From NCBI GenBank assembly GCA_000002445.1, contig CH464491.1:1344001-1408000 (forward strand): 64,000 nt of DNA, in the 5' to 3' direction. Position numbers and translations under genes: made by a program. A model generated the notes under the pieces. The model was not told where the DNA came from and searched no databases. It worked only from the letters and a program-made list of their open reading frames with translations. This DNA comes from Trypanosoma brucei (taxonomy: Eukaryota). The stretch's first letter is position 1; each line of letters opens with the position of its first letter. Below, piece by piece: positions 1 through 9,985 of this stretch.

Positions 1-1036
1 TAAATTAATCGGCGTGAGAAATGTCGTGGCTGCCAATGGGGCTCCATTGGTTTAAGAAGAAAAAAGAAAACACGGAGCGTCAGCTTCACAGAGCACTGTA
101 AACAAACGCCTTAACCACCACCGGATCCCATGTTACGCTGCATCCATGCATTCTCAAGTGCTGGATGCGTTTGCGTTTGTATTTGTATGTGTGCGCTTCT
201 CCTTGAAACAGTAAATATTTTACGCATTACATTTGACATTACGCATATTCCCTTTTCATATTCATTGAAAAAAGTGATGACAATATCTTTTATGCAAATA
301 ATAATGAAATTCCACAACTATCGCTACCGCTTCAGTATTTTTCTTTCTCGTAACTGTTTCAACCTATTTTGTCATTGTATCCAAAAATATACATCACACG
401 ATTCAGTACCACATCTTACAACATTTAATAGCATCTTCCTGCTTCCGGTTGCCGTTGTTCCCATTCACATTAATTTTATTCACAAACACTTACAAGCACC
501 TTAACTTCTCTGTTGAAACATTCCCAATACAAAATGTTGTTTCCTTTTCATAAAAATAAAAATTATCAAGGGAAAACATAATAAGGGGTTAAAGTTATGA
601 AATCAACTATTAATATATGATATAAACGATGGCTCAGTGTTTCCATCAACACGCGTATTCCTGCGACAAATGCTTTCCATATGTAATGTTAATCATCCTG
701 AGCTTAATAATGGCAAAAAAAATAAATAAAATTAATCAATTCTGGCACAATGGTACGCACTCATTAGTTGTTTATGCTGATTGCACCTCAACTTTGATTC
801 GGAGTGCACAACTCCATTGGCGTCAGGTTGGGCTGAAAGGACATTTACGACAACTTTTCCTTTCCGTATATTCCGTAACCTCTGTTTTATCATTATTATT
901 CGTTATTCGTCACTTCTCTTGCCTCGTGCGCAGCTGGTGGAGGTGTGGCACCATTCAGCTCCGCAAAACGTGCAACAGTTAATGCCTTAACAATATTAAC
1001 GTCAAATTTGACGAGGTATTGTTTGACATCATTTTT

Positions 1037-3340
1037 CTAAAACACTTCAACATGCCTGTGGTTTTCATCATCTGCTTTACCATCTGTGAGATCACATCGC
1101 TGCTTGACTCTCATTGGAGTGGCGTCAGGGTGCTGAACATAAATCATTTCCCATCGATACTTCCCCATAACTGCTTTCCAATATTCATCACTTGGATTAG
1201 TGGTTGGATTTAAAAGTTTCTTCAGCATGCCAAGGAATGTTCCTGTCTTCGTATCATGCGATTCAGCAGTTGTGTACTGCAACATCACTATTGTCTTTTG
1301 TTTTCTCTGTTGTTTTTTATCCTCAGCAATTGCATCAGGGTCAACAACAAAGAAGGCATCCAAAACAGGGAAGTTAGGAAGCGCCTAGTATGCCTGAAAG
1401 AGACTTGGGGAACGTGTTATCATGCCACAACCGTCTGTAAAATCGGCAGCGTTGCCAAAGTTCAGGTATCTCTTCTGTACATGCCTCAAGACAGTGATAT
1501 TCTGCGCAACTTCCTGTTCCTCTACTCCCCTTTCGGGAAGTGGCTTGGTCATTTCGGTGATCGTACTCAACACTTTGGGAAATCCAAGTGCTTTTATAGC
1601 ATTGTACTCAAATAAAGCTGGAATTATCTCACGGGTAGGAATAAGCCCCGCCAACTGAGCTAAATTTTGAGCGGTTATTTCAGTTTCTCAATTATTCTCT
1701 TCTTTATGGATTCAGAGTGAGGTACGCATATGTATATCTCACCATTGTTTCTCCCACAGGCACGAACAATCTTCACGAGTTTGTGAGACGCGTCACTTTC
1801 CTTCCATTCGCCTTTGTTACCCACCACGCCAATATAGAGTTCACGTCGCTCATGGGATTTGATGGAATTTATTTCTTTGTCTATGTCGACCTCACGCGTG
1901 ACATACTTTGCTTCATCAAACACATAACGAAGTGAAGGTCCGACAAACTCCACACGGCTCTCATGCATCTCCCACTTTTCCCTCAACCCGACAGGTGTGG
2001 CTCCAGGATACAGCATGGGTCCAATACGTGAGAAGAAAGCCCGCATTTCAGTCATTTCCCAGCAGTTAACAAAGATACGTGTACATCTTTCCCTTTGCTG
2101 GAACCAGCTGTCAAAATTTCTCAAATTGGGTGAACTGATCAAAATGCTTCCCCATTTTGGAGCCACATCTGCCGGTGGCTGCTCGCCTTTGTTGACGAAG
2201 TCATAAATAACATAACCACGTGTATTAGATGATATAACCTTCATAAACGTTATAGCCGCTTCTTTACTGTACTCCCTAACTCTGCCAACGCCACCACCAC
2301 CAGATTTCTCAAATATATATGCGGCTACACCACGGAAGTACGCAACAACAGGCAACTCTTCCGCATCATAATGCAGTAAGTTGTAGAGTATGAAAGAACC
2401 CAAATTCTGAGATTTACCAATCCCAGGATTACCAATGGCAACGTATGATCGTGGAAAATAAAGACATCCCGGTAAAGCACGCTGTGTACGCCATAATTCA
2501 ACTCCACTCCTTACAACTTTCCATACGCGGAGCTCTTCTCTACGGGTGAATATTCTTTTGTTACTTCCGTCGGTAAACTTGGCTTATTATCACCCCATTT
2601 GAGATGTTAGAACCATTGCTTCAACTTCTTCCCTGCGTTCTGGTTTCTTCTCAACAGCTTCCTCAATTTCAGGGACAACATTAAGTTCTTCATCCTTCCA
2701 CATTACATTGCCACCACGCGTTCCATCAACAAACTCCATCCCGAGCAGTTGAGTTCCATTGTCAATTTCAATATGACTCCATTTCGCATTATAAACAGAG
2801 TCGTAAACTCCTGGAAGGTCAGCACCGTCAGCTAGTTAAATATATCGTTCCCCCGCCTTCCTGGCAATGCACCGTACCGTGTCCAACCTTGATGTCGCTG
2901 CGGAGCCAACTTGTTTCCTCATTTGGGCAGTTGCCTTCTCGCCCCACTGCCGCAGGGAGTAAATTCCATTACCGTTTAGATAGTTTATCCAACCTTGTAT
3001 TTCAGGCAACTGCTCACATATCCTTTATCGCTTAAACTGGAGGAGATTCTCTATGTCTTCAAGTAACTCGGCATCCCTAGTGTACCTTCCTGGGTTGGTA
3101 ACACACAAACTCATTGCTACATTCTTCATGTTGTTCGTGTTCAGAAAGAATTGCATCAGAAATTCGTGCAGGCTCATTTTAGCCAACGCCGCATAGTCTT
3201 CCAGAAGCACATCCTCAACCCTACTTTCCATCGTCCAGTTGGTGTCCCCTTCATTTCTCCACCACTTCTTTCTTTTTTTTCCTTGTACGGTCCCTTGGTC
3301 GTCCTTCCGAATTCACCCCACTTACGTTTCGTTCATACAT
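1037..3340 (-). pseudogene. Retrotransposon hot spot (RHS) protein pseudogene, broken into at least four frames
   Basis: Consecutive minus-strand ORF pieces in different frames (3231-3025, 2507-2325, 2403-1675, 1654-1385, 1363-1037) together span about 750 codons. The frame of the 2403-1675 piece continues upstream through a Walker A P-loop GNPGIGKS at about 2411-2433, which is typical of RHS proteins. The N-terminal piece (...NWTMESRVEDVLLE...MSLHEFLM...NPGRYTRDAELLEDI) resembles the conserved RHS N-terminus. An upstream out-of-frame ATG at 3340 suggests the original start. Confidence 0.6.
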
Positions 3341-4148
3341 GAAAAAGAGGTATCCGACACTGGCGGTTCAGGTTATCCATTGTGCTTTTCCACTAAATTA
3401 CACAGGATAAGATAGGGTGATGGTACATATTTGCTGAAGTGTAGTGATATCCATGCGCACACCCCGCGCTATCTTTGCAGGGGGTGCATCATATTCGGGC
3501 TTCGCCGCTCAGTGCAGGCACTTGGTGCCGTGGCCAGTTTTTGGTTGACCCGAAAATGGTTGTTGATGCAGCGCCGCATTAAAGTTTCTCCTTTGCTATG
3601 TGGCTGGATGGTGCGGCATCAGGAAAGCGTGCGGGCACGAGCGCCAGCACCAATGAGTTACGCAAGTCAGGTTACGCGCACTGGCTTATTTACCCCTAGC
3701 ATAAAAGTGTGGCGTGACAGAGTTACTAGTGAAAGCGACGATTTGCACCATATCTTGTAAATAGGCGATGGCCTGCGTATCTCAGAGGTGTGAAATGACT
3801 TCTATTCATGGATGTGCTGGTGGCCGCAAGCGTTGAAGCAACCTACTTCTACAGCTCTCATTCTTGTCCTACTCAAAAGACAGGACACCATCCGCTCATC
3901 GTCGAAGGCGTGGTGGAGTACGTCGCTTCCCTCGATCGTTTGTTCTTCGGTGGTGCCAGGGTCCAGTACCCCGTATCATCGGGGGAAGCCAAGAGCTACC
4001 AGTGTTACTCTCTTTTGGAACACTGCTTTGCTTAGACTACGGCATCGTACAGCACAGGGATCAGCAGCGTCTTGCTGGGACACCGTTTTTCGTTTGTCGG
4101 TCCCTGGGCACGTGCCAGCGTGCCATCAGCAGTATCATCCGCACTAAG

Positions 4149-4187
4149 ATGCTGCTGTCCGGTGATGTGGAAGAGAATCCCGGCCCA
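4149..4187 (+). other. 2A-like StopGo (ribosome-skipping) peptide MLLSGDVEENPGP at the start of the retroelement ORF
   Basis: Direct translation atg ctg ctg tcc ggt gat gtg gaa gag aat ccc ggc cca. The D(V/I)ExNPGP consensus is complete. The preceding residues (SSIIRTK) match my recollection of the 2A sequence reported for T. brucei TSR1/ingi elements. Confidence 0.85.
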
Positions 4188-7100
4188 TCATTGCGCGGGG
4201 TGCAGTGGAACTCCGCCGGGCTATCTCAAGGAAAGAGATTAGCACTCCACAAAACCCTTGTTGATGAGCGGATCGCCTTTTGTCTGTTGAGCGAGACAAG
4301 GATGAAACCTGGAGAGGCGGCTTGCTTTAGCGTTGCTGGCTACCAACATTACGGAATAGCTCGTAACTGCAAAGGAGGTCGTGTATCAATACTAGTGAGG
4401 GCGGACCTGCCAGTCGAGACCGGTATGGCCGTTGTTGGTCGCATTGAACAAGTGCATGCAACAATTCACCTTGCACGTGGAGCAGCGCTGACTGTCACGT
4501 CGGCATACATCCCACCAAAACACACCTTCACGGCAACTGACCTAGATACGCTTCTGACGACTGACGGTGCCCAGATCATCGGTGCAGACGCTAACGCACA
4601 CGCGTTGGCATGGGATCGCGCGAGCCCACCAAATACCAAGGGTGAAACCCTCACACAGTGGTGCATTGACAACCAGTTTCTGGTCTGCAACACTGGTGAG
4701 TGCACCAGGTACGCGCGCCACCAAGGGAAGTCCACCCCTGATGTGACACTGTCAAGGAATTGCACAGTGTACACGTGGACATCGCTGTATTCTCCCGATA
4801 GCGATCACCATCACATATTTTTCGACGTTATGGTTGGAGACGACACAGATGCACTGAGTTGCCCGCGGCTTCGAAAGCCCATGTGCGCATGGCTAAAAGC
4901 TGACTGGAGGAATTTCCGTCTCAAGGTTGACGAGTTCTGCAGGAAAATTGGTAGAGAGAAGAACGTCAACACCCTGGAACAGAAATTGAGCTCCGCCATC
5001 CGCATTGCGATGAAGGTCTCCGTCCCCCGTGGCTGCAGAGCAACGCCACCACATTGGACACCTGAGCTCGCGAAACTCGATGAAGAGATCACTGGATGCG
5101 GACCCTCCCACCGAAGGGAAAAGTTGGTAGCCACGCGTAAGCAGATCCTGGACCGTACCACAAAGAAGAGATGGAGCACACTATGCTCCAGACTTGCGGT
5201 GTCAGACCGCTGCAGTTGGCACATTGTCAAGAAGGTATATGCGCCACGACCACTAACCACACAGGCTGTACTTGTAGATAACGCGGCCATCACGGACTAC
5301 CGTCGAGCTGAGAGGTTCAATAAACTGTACTCGTCCCGCGCAAGAAGGCACCCCGACTCACACCCACCGGCACCAATAAAGACGATAGCGAGTGAGTTCA
5401 GTCCAATCACGATGGCTGAACTACGGAGATCGATCAAACTGCTACCGTGTGGATCCGCAGCCGGACCTGATTGCTTATACAACGAGGCGCTACAACATCT
5501 CGGTATAACAGCGCTGAATGTTGTTCTGAGGCTATTCAATGAGAGCCTACGAACGGGAGTCGTGCCACCTGCATGGAAGACTGGTGTTATCATCCCCATC
5601 CTGAAGGCCGGAAAAAAGGAGGAGGACCTCGATTCTTACAGGCCTGTGACGCCCACGAGCTGTCTCTGCAAAGTCATGGAACGCATAATTGCCGCAAGGT
5701 TTAGAGACACTGTTGAGTCCCAGCTGACGCCGCAGAAATCAGGCTTTCGCCCCGGATGCTCAACGCTCGAACAGCTGCTGCACGTCCGCGCTGCCCTCTG
5801 CCGTCCCACGCACCAATCACGTACGGGTGTTGTATTCGTCGACTACGAGAAGGCATTCGTTACTGTAGACCACGACAAAATTGCGAGGGAAATGCACAGA
5901 ATGAAGGTATCACCCCACATTGTGAAGTGGTGCGTATCATTTCTGAGTAACCGAACTGGCAGAGTGAGATTCAAGGAGAAGCTTTCCAGAAGCAGAACAT
6001 TTGAGCGAAGAGTGCCACAGGGAACTGCCCTTGGCCCAATCATGTTCATTATTGTCATGAACTCGTTGAGCCAGCGCCTTGCAGAAGTGCCGTTACTGCA
6101 GCACGGATTCTTTGCAGACGACCTAACGCTACTTGCGAGCCACACAGAGAGGGATGTCATCAACCACACACTACAATGCGGCCTAAACGTGGTGTTACAG
6201 TTGTCAAAAGACTACTTCATGTCTGTCAACGTAGCGAAAACAAAGTGCACACTCTTCGGGTGTATAGAGCGCCACCCCCTTACATTACAACTGGACGGCG
6301 AAAGAATAGGAGCTGACAGAACACCGAAGCTTTTAGGAGTAACATTCCAGTGTCTGCAAGGGATGGCAACACATGCGGCCGAAACGAGACGCAAGATGGA
6401 CTTCAGACTACTGCAGATAGCAGCCATCTCAGCTTCTACATGGGTACCAAGACGACAAGTGCTGAGAACTTTTTATCTAGCGCTCGTACAGGCACACACC
6501 ATGTATGGCATTGAGGTATGGTACTGGGACGCTTCGGAACGAAGTCGCGACCTCCTTGCATCAGCACAACACAAAGCCAGTCGCATCATAGCCGGCATAC
6601 CGCATGGGACGCGCAAAGAGGACTCTCTGCTGGAAGCAAACCTCCTGCCACTCAAGACGACCACTCTTGTGCGCAGCATGAAATTCATGCTGATGTGTGA
6701 GTCACGAGGCGGATGTTTGCGGCGCAGTGCTGAGGAAGTATACCACAGCAAACACCCAGTCAGAGTCTTACATTCCCGCATCATGCGGTCTTATCCCCAC
6801 CTCCGCATTGAGCCACGCGAGCACCCACTAGAGACATCGACGCTCCGCCACAGCTGCCGACCGCTATTTCACACGCAGATAAAGCCTGTGTGCGCTGATG
6901 ACCCTGACGATGTCAAAAGGGAGGCTTCCGAAAAGTGGATTGAACGGCATTTTGTACGGAGGGGGAAGGAGCTACCGCGGCGAGAGCACTACGAATTGTG
7001 GACTGATGGATCCGTGTCCCTCGGTGAGAAGTCCGGAGCAGCTGCCCTGCTCTATAGAAACAACACGCTGATTTGCGCACCCAAAACTGGAGCAGGGGAA

Positions 7101-7223
7101 CTCTCATGCAGTTACAGAGCGGAATGCGTAGCATTAGAGATAGGACTGCAACGGCTGCTGAAATGGCTTCCGGCATACAGAAGCACACCGAGCAGGTTGT
7201 CCATCTTCTCTGACTCGCTGTAA
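4149..7223 (+). CDS. Retroelement polyprotein segment 1: 2A peptide, AP endonuclease-like domain, reverse transcriptase, N-terminal part of RNase H; ends at an in-frame TAA
   Basis: Frame 0 is open from 3864 (TTG in the ORF track). The first in-frame ATG is at 4149, directly before the 2A peptide. RT motifs include FADD (6111-6122). TDGS of RNase H lies near 7000-7020. A TAA at 7221-7223 is followed in the same frame by the rest of RNase H. Confidence 0.8.
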   Translation: MLLSGDVEENPGPSLRGVQWNSAGLSQGKRLALHKTLVDERIAFCLLSETRMKPGEAACFSVAGYQHYGIARNCKGGRVSILVRADLPVETGMAVVGRIEQVHATIHLARGAALTVTSAYIPPKHTFTATDLDTLLTTDGAQIIGADANAHALAWDRASPPNTKGETLTQWCIDNQFLVCNTGECTRYARHQGKSTPDVTLSRNCTVYTWTSLYSPDSDHHHIFFDVMVGDDTDALSCPRLRKPMCAWLKADWRNFRLKVDEFCRKIGREKNVNTLEQKLSSAIRIAMKVSVPRGCRATPPHWTPELAKLDEEITGCGPSHRREKLVATRKQILDRTTKKRWSTLCSRLAVSDRCSWHIVKKVYAPRPLTTQAVLVDNAAITDYRRAERFNKLYSSRARRHPDSHPPAPIKTIASEFSPITMAELRRSIKLLPCGSAAGPDCLYNEALQHLGITALNVVLRLFNESLRTGVVPPAWKTGVIIPILKAGKKEEDLDSYRPVTPTSCLCKVMERIIAARFRDTVESQLTPQKSGFRPGCSTLEQLLHVRAALCRPTHQSRTGVVFVDYEKAFVTVDHDKIAREMHRMKVSPHIVKWCVSFLSNRTGRVRFKEKLSRSRTFERRVPQGTALGPIMFIIVMNSLSQRLAEVPLLQHGFFADDLTLLASHTERDVINHTLQCGLNVVLQLSKDYFMSVNVAKTKCTLFGCIERHPLTLQLDGERIGADRTPKLLGVTFQCLQGMATHAAETRRKMDFRLLQIAAISASTWVPRRQVLRTFYLALVQAHTMYGIEVWYWDASERSRDLLASAQHKASRIIAGIPHGTRKEDSLLEANLLPLKTTTLVRSMKFMLMCESRGGCLRRSAEEVYHSKHPVRVLHSRIMRSYPHLRIEPREHPLETSTLRHSCRPLFHTQIKPVCADDPDDVKREASEKWIERHFVRRGKELPRREHYELWTDGSVSLGEKSGAAALLYRNNTLICAPKTGAGELSCSYRAECVALEIGLQRLLKWLPAYRSTPSRLSIFSDSL

Positions 7224-7679
7224 ATGTTAACAGCACTGCAGACAGGCCCCCTAGCCGTAACGGACCCAATTCTGAGACGACTATGGAGGCTTCTGCTTCA
7301 AGTTCAGAGAAGGAAGGTGCGTATCCGACTGCAATTTGTGTTTGGCCATTGTGGCGTGAAACCGAATGAGGTTTGTGACGAAATGGCCAAAAAGGCCGCA
7401 GATTTACCACAGTTGCGAGACACATGGATCCCCGACATCATTGCTTATGCGAAGCGAGTGCTTAGGTCGGAAGAAGTCCATGAGAACACTCATAGGTTTG
7501 GTATCACGGGCAACCACTTTCCAACAAAACATAGGGAAGAACTGACGAGGGAAGAAGAAACGGCACTGGCACGCTTTCGGGTTGGGTCTTCAAGACACTA
7601 TGGATGGATGTTGCGAAAGATCAACCCGAGTGTAGTGTACCCTCACAGTGCCGATGGTGTAACCCGCAACATGCAGTGA
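7224..7679 (+). CDS. Retroelement polyprotein segment 2: C-terminal part of the RNase H domain (same frame as segment 1, beyond the in-frame stop)
   Basis: Translation contains VRIRLQFVFGHCGVKPNEVCDEMAKKAADLPQ, an RNase H-type signature. The frame is identical to 3864-7223 (both start positions are divisible by 3). Confidence 0.6.
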   Translation: MLTALQTGPLAVTDPILRRLWRLLLQVQRRKVRIRLQFVFGHCGVKPNEVCDEMAKKAADLPQLRDTWIPDIIAYAKRVLRSEEVHENTHRFGITGNHFPTKHREELTREEETALARFRVGSSRHYGWMLRKINPSVVYPHSADGVTRNMQ

Positions 7680-8916
7680 TAGGACCAACAATACAAACAC
7701 AAACAGCCTACCTGTTGCGACACGCACTCTTCAGAGAACCTCCGAACCGACCAAATGTACGGAGTGTGATGCCACATACCAATGCCGCTCGAGTGCTGTA
7801 ACGCACATGGTAAACAAACATGGCTTTGTGCGAGCTGATGCCCTCCGGAGGATCAAATACGGCGATGCAACACCCGCAGTGGATATCCCCCCGGAGCCCC
7901 CTCCAGTGGTGGCGATCGTTCCTCTACCATCGAGCACACGAGTCCCGATGAGACCGCAGGTGTTTCATTGTACCCTCTGTGCCTCCAAATTCGCAGTGCA
8001 AGGCCGACTATTACACCACCTTAGAACAATACATGGCATAGGCAGCGGTAGTTACCGCGTGAAAAGGGAGCGAGAGAACGAGGACTCAGTGCAAGGAGAT
8101 GGTAGAGCCCCAGCAGCGCCAGCCTCTCAGGATACACGGAAGCTGCCGTTTCAATGTGACCTGTGCGAGGCGAGCTTCGGTACACGCTCTTCCCTGTCAC
8201 TACACAAGAAATTCAAACATAAGAGCATAGTGACGGAGGACGGTACCGTGGTGGTGGTGCAATTCCCTCGTAAGCGTGCCCGTGAGGGAAACGTTGACGT
8301 CCCGGGGAAGGGCGAGGTGCAGTGCGGTGTGTGCCAAAAAGTGCTCAGTTGCAGGGACTCCCTCATCCGACACTGTAAGGCTTTCCACAAAGGTGAGGGA
8401 GTCGAGCTTAAATGCAGCAAAAGCACAAAATTGTGTTCCACGGATTCCCCGCATACAAATGCATCCATGTTGGTGTGCCCGACATGCGGAAGGCAGTGTG
8501 CTAGCAAAACTGGCCTCACCCTACATCAAAAGAAGATGTACGGTATGAAGGTAGAGCGCGCTGTTACCAGCCAACGCGGCGACTGCGAAGAAACGTCGCT
8601 GTACCTGATGAGCTGGCCCGGTTTGAAGGAGTTACGTGTCAGGTTTGCGGTAGAAGGTGTATGTGTGCAGGATGTATGCTTCTCCAAAAGGCTGGCGCAG
8701 TTTCTCATTGCGGTTGAACGGAGCCGGCCGCAGGTGAAGTCCTCACCTAAGGTAACAGTCATACAACCCACTCTCCCTTCTGCAACTTTCCCCCTTATTG
8801 CCGAGTGTGGAGCTTGCAGGAAAGGCACTGGACGCAGGAATAGTCCAGAAACCCTCAGAGACAGAGGGGGTATGCAGTCAACAAGCAACAGAAACAGAAA
8901 GAGGGGGAGAGAATAA
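7663..8916 (+). CDS. Retroelement polyprotein segment 3: C2H2 zinc-finger domain (five fingers), in a different frame from segment 2
   Basis: This frame is open from 7663 and overlaps the end of the RNase H frame (7679), implying a frameshift lesion at about 7636-7680. Fingers: CTECDATYQCRSSAVTHMVNKH (7756-7821, upstream of the ORF-track start at 7807), HCTLCASKFAVQGRLLHHLRTIH, FQCDLCEASFGTRSSLSLHKKFKH, CGVCQKVLSCRDSLIRHCKAFH, CPTCGRQCASKTGLTLHQKKMYG. Confidence 0.65.
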   Translation, partial: PATCSDRTNNTNTNSLPVATRTLQRTSEPTKCTECDATYQCRSSAVTHMVNKHGFVRADALRRIKYGDATPAVDIPPEPPPVVAIVPLPSSTRVPMRPQVFHCTLCASKFAVQGRLLHHLRTIHGIGSGSYRVKRERENEDSVQGDGRAPAAPASQDTRKLPFQCDLCEASFGTRSSLSLHKKFKHKSIVTEDGTVVVVQFPRKRAREGNVDVPGKGEVQCGVCQKVLSCRDSLIRHCKAFHKGEGVELKCSKSTKLCSTDSPHTNASMLVCPTCGRQCASKTGLTLHQKKMYGMKVERAVTSQRGDCEETSLYLMSWPGLKELRVRFAVEGVCVQDVCFSKRLAQFLIAVERSRPQVKSSPKVTVIQPTLPSATFPLIAECGACRKGTGRRNSPETLRDRGGMQSTSNRNRKRGRE

Positions 8917-9920
8917 TAAACGAATAACAAAAATCAAAACAAAAGGATTGCTAATTGACATCTTTTGGAGAGTCTGGGGTGGGGGGCTTCTCGCCCCATC
9001 TGCTGTATTCCGTTCAAATGCGGAGCTACAAAAAAAAATTATAGAGGGTGTGTTAGGATGAATAAAAAAGGGAGACTCTGCCACAGTCGCCAGACCGATA
9101 GCATCTCAGGGCTCTACGGTGATGGCTGACGGCCGTGCCAGTGGGGGGAAACTCTCCCGAAGGCACGAAGAAAATTTCAAAAAAAAAACTTGCTGTTTCG
9201 ACCAAATGAACTTTGCAGCGACATCCAGAGTGGTGACCGTTGATGCAATCACTGCCCGGAGCTGACATTGCCGGCTACCCATCTCGTGGCCTCCGGGTGC
9301 GGTGCATATGGTGATAGGACTCGGTCGATCGCTTGATTTTTAGTTGGTACGGGGTCGGCTCCGCTGCATGGTGCTGCGCGTATAGAGTTGCTCACGGTGG
9401 AGCCGTTGTTCCTCTTGCGTTGCTGATGGTGACATTTTTCGACCTTTATATTGATGGGTGAAACGATAAGACGAAAAAAAGGTGTTTGTAGCGATTGTAG
9501 TGGTGGCGCTTCTTTTTCCCCCCTATTTTTAACGGGTGTCTAATACATAGTCACTGTTTATGCTACGCTGCACTACTCTCTTCGTGCGGGCGTGAGGCAA
9601 CGTTAAGTTTCTGCTACATATGTATCGCATAGACTGATTAACAAGCTTATCATAACCTATTTATCCCTCCGTTAGAGACTTTCCTATAACGAGGCGTGAT
9701 GTTTCTATATTCTTCATGGCTCTGCAATCACCCTGTGCTATTTTTGCCCCAGATTTGCTAATGCTCACTTCTGGGAAGTATATTCCCCTCGTGGACGACT
9801 CAAATATTTCAAGAGCTGAGGGACACGGTGCTTCAACCCCTGTAACCCTCTTTACCGCTGCGCATATTTATTAATTTAGGATTTCGAGGAGCCCTTGATG
9901 TGGTATGGTATGTGTCCTTG

Positions 9921-9962
9921 ATGTGACTGTTATTCTCATTACATCTTTATTTTCCATGTGTG
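9921..9962 (+). promoter_or_regulatory. Polypyrimidine tract and downstream AG; candidate trans-splicing signal for the first gene of the plus-strand unit
   Basis: tgtccttgatgtgactgttattctcattacatctttattttccatgtgtg, followed by gcAAGaat, about 25 nt upstream of the ATG at 9986. This is the typical kinetoplastid splice-acceptor arrangement. Confidence 0.45.
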
Positions 9963-9985
9963 TCGCAAGAATATAGGTAAAGAAA

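Larger units (their letters stand above)
3356..9187 (+). mobile_element. ingi/L1Tc-clade non-LTR (LINE-like) retrotransposon, near full length; boundaries approximate
   Basis: A plus-strand polyprotein (frame 0 from 3864) carries, in order, a 2A peptide, an AP endonuclease-like N-terminus, reverse transcriptase (FADD at 6111-6122), RNase H (TDGS...FGHCGVKPNEVCDEMAKKAA) and five C2H2 zinc fingers, ending at 8916. A 3' A-rich region and A10 run lie at 9177-9186. The 5' end is guessed at cactggcggttcagg (about 3356) from a vague recollection of the RIME/ingi 5' terminus. I could not identify target-site duplications. Expected ingi length is about 5.2 kb, so one boundary may be off by several hundred bp. 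Confidence 0.75.

Noticed and set aside
3431-3760. 109-aa ORF inside the 5' portion of the retroelement
   Set aside because: It lies upstream of, and in a different frame from, the element polyprotein. It is Arg/Cys-rich with no motif. This part of ingi-type elements is non-coding leader (RIME-like) sequence.
9030-9200. Target-site duplication and exact poly(A) end of the retroelement
   Set aside because: Three A-runs (9033-9044, 9061-9070, 9177-9186) could each be the tail. The sequence after each only loosely resembles the 5' flank gaaaaagaggtatcc (3341-3355). No exact 10-12 bp duplication was found, so the 3' boundary is approximate and no TSD is claimed.
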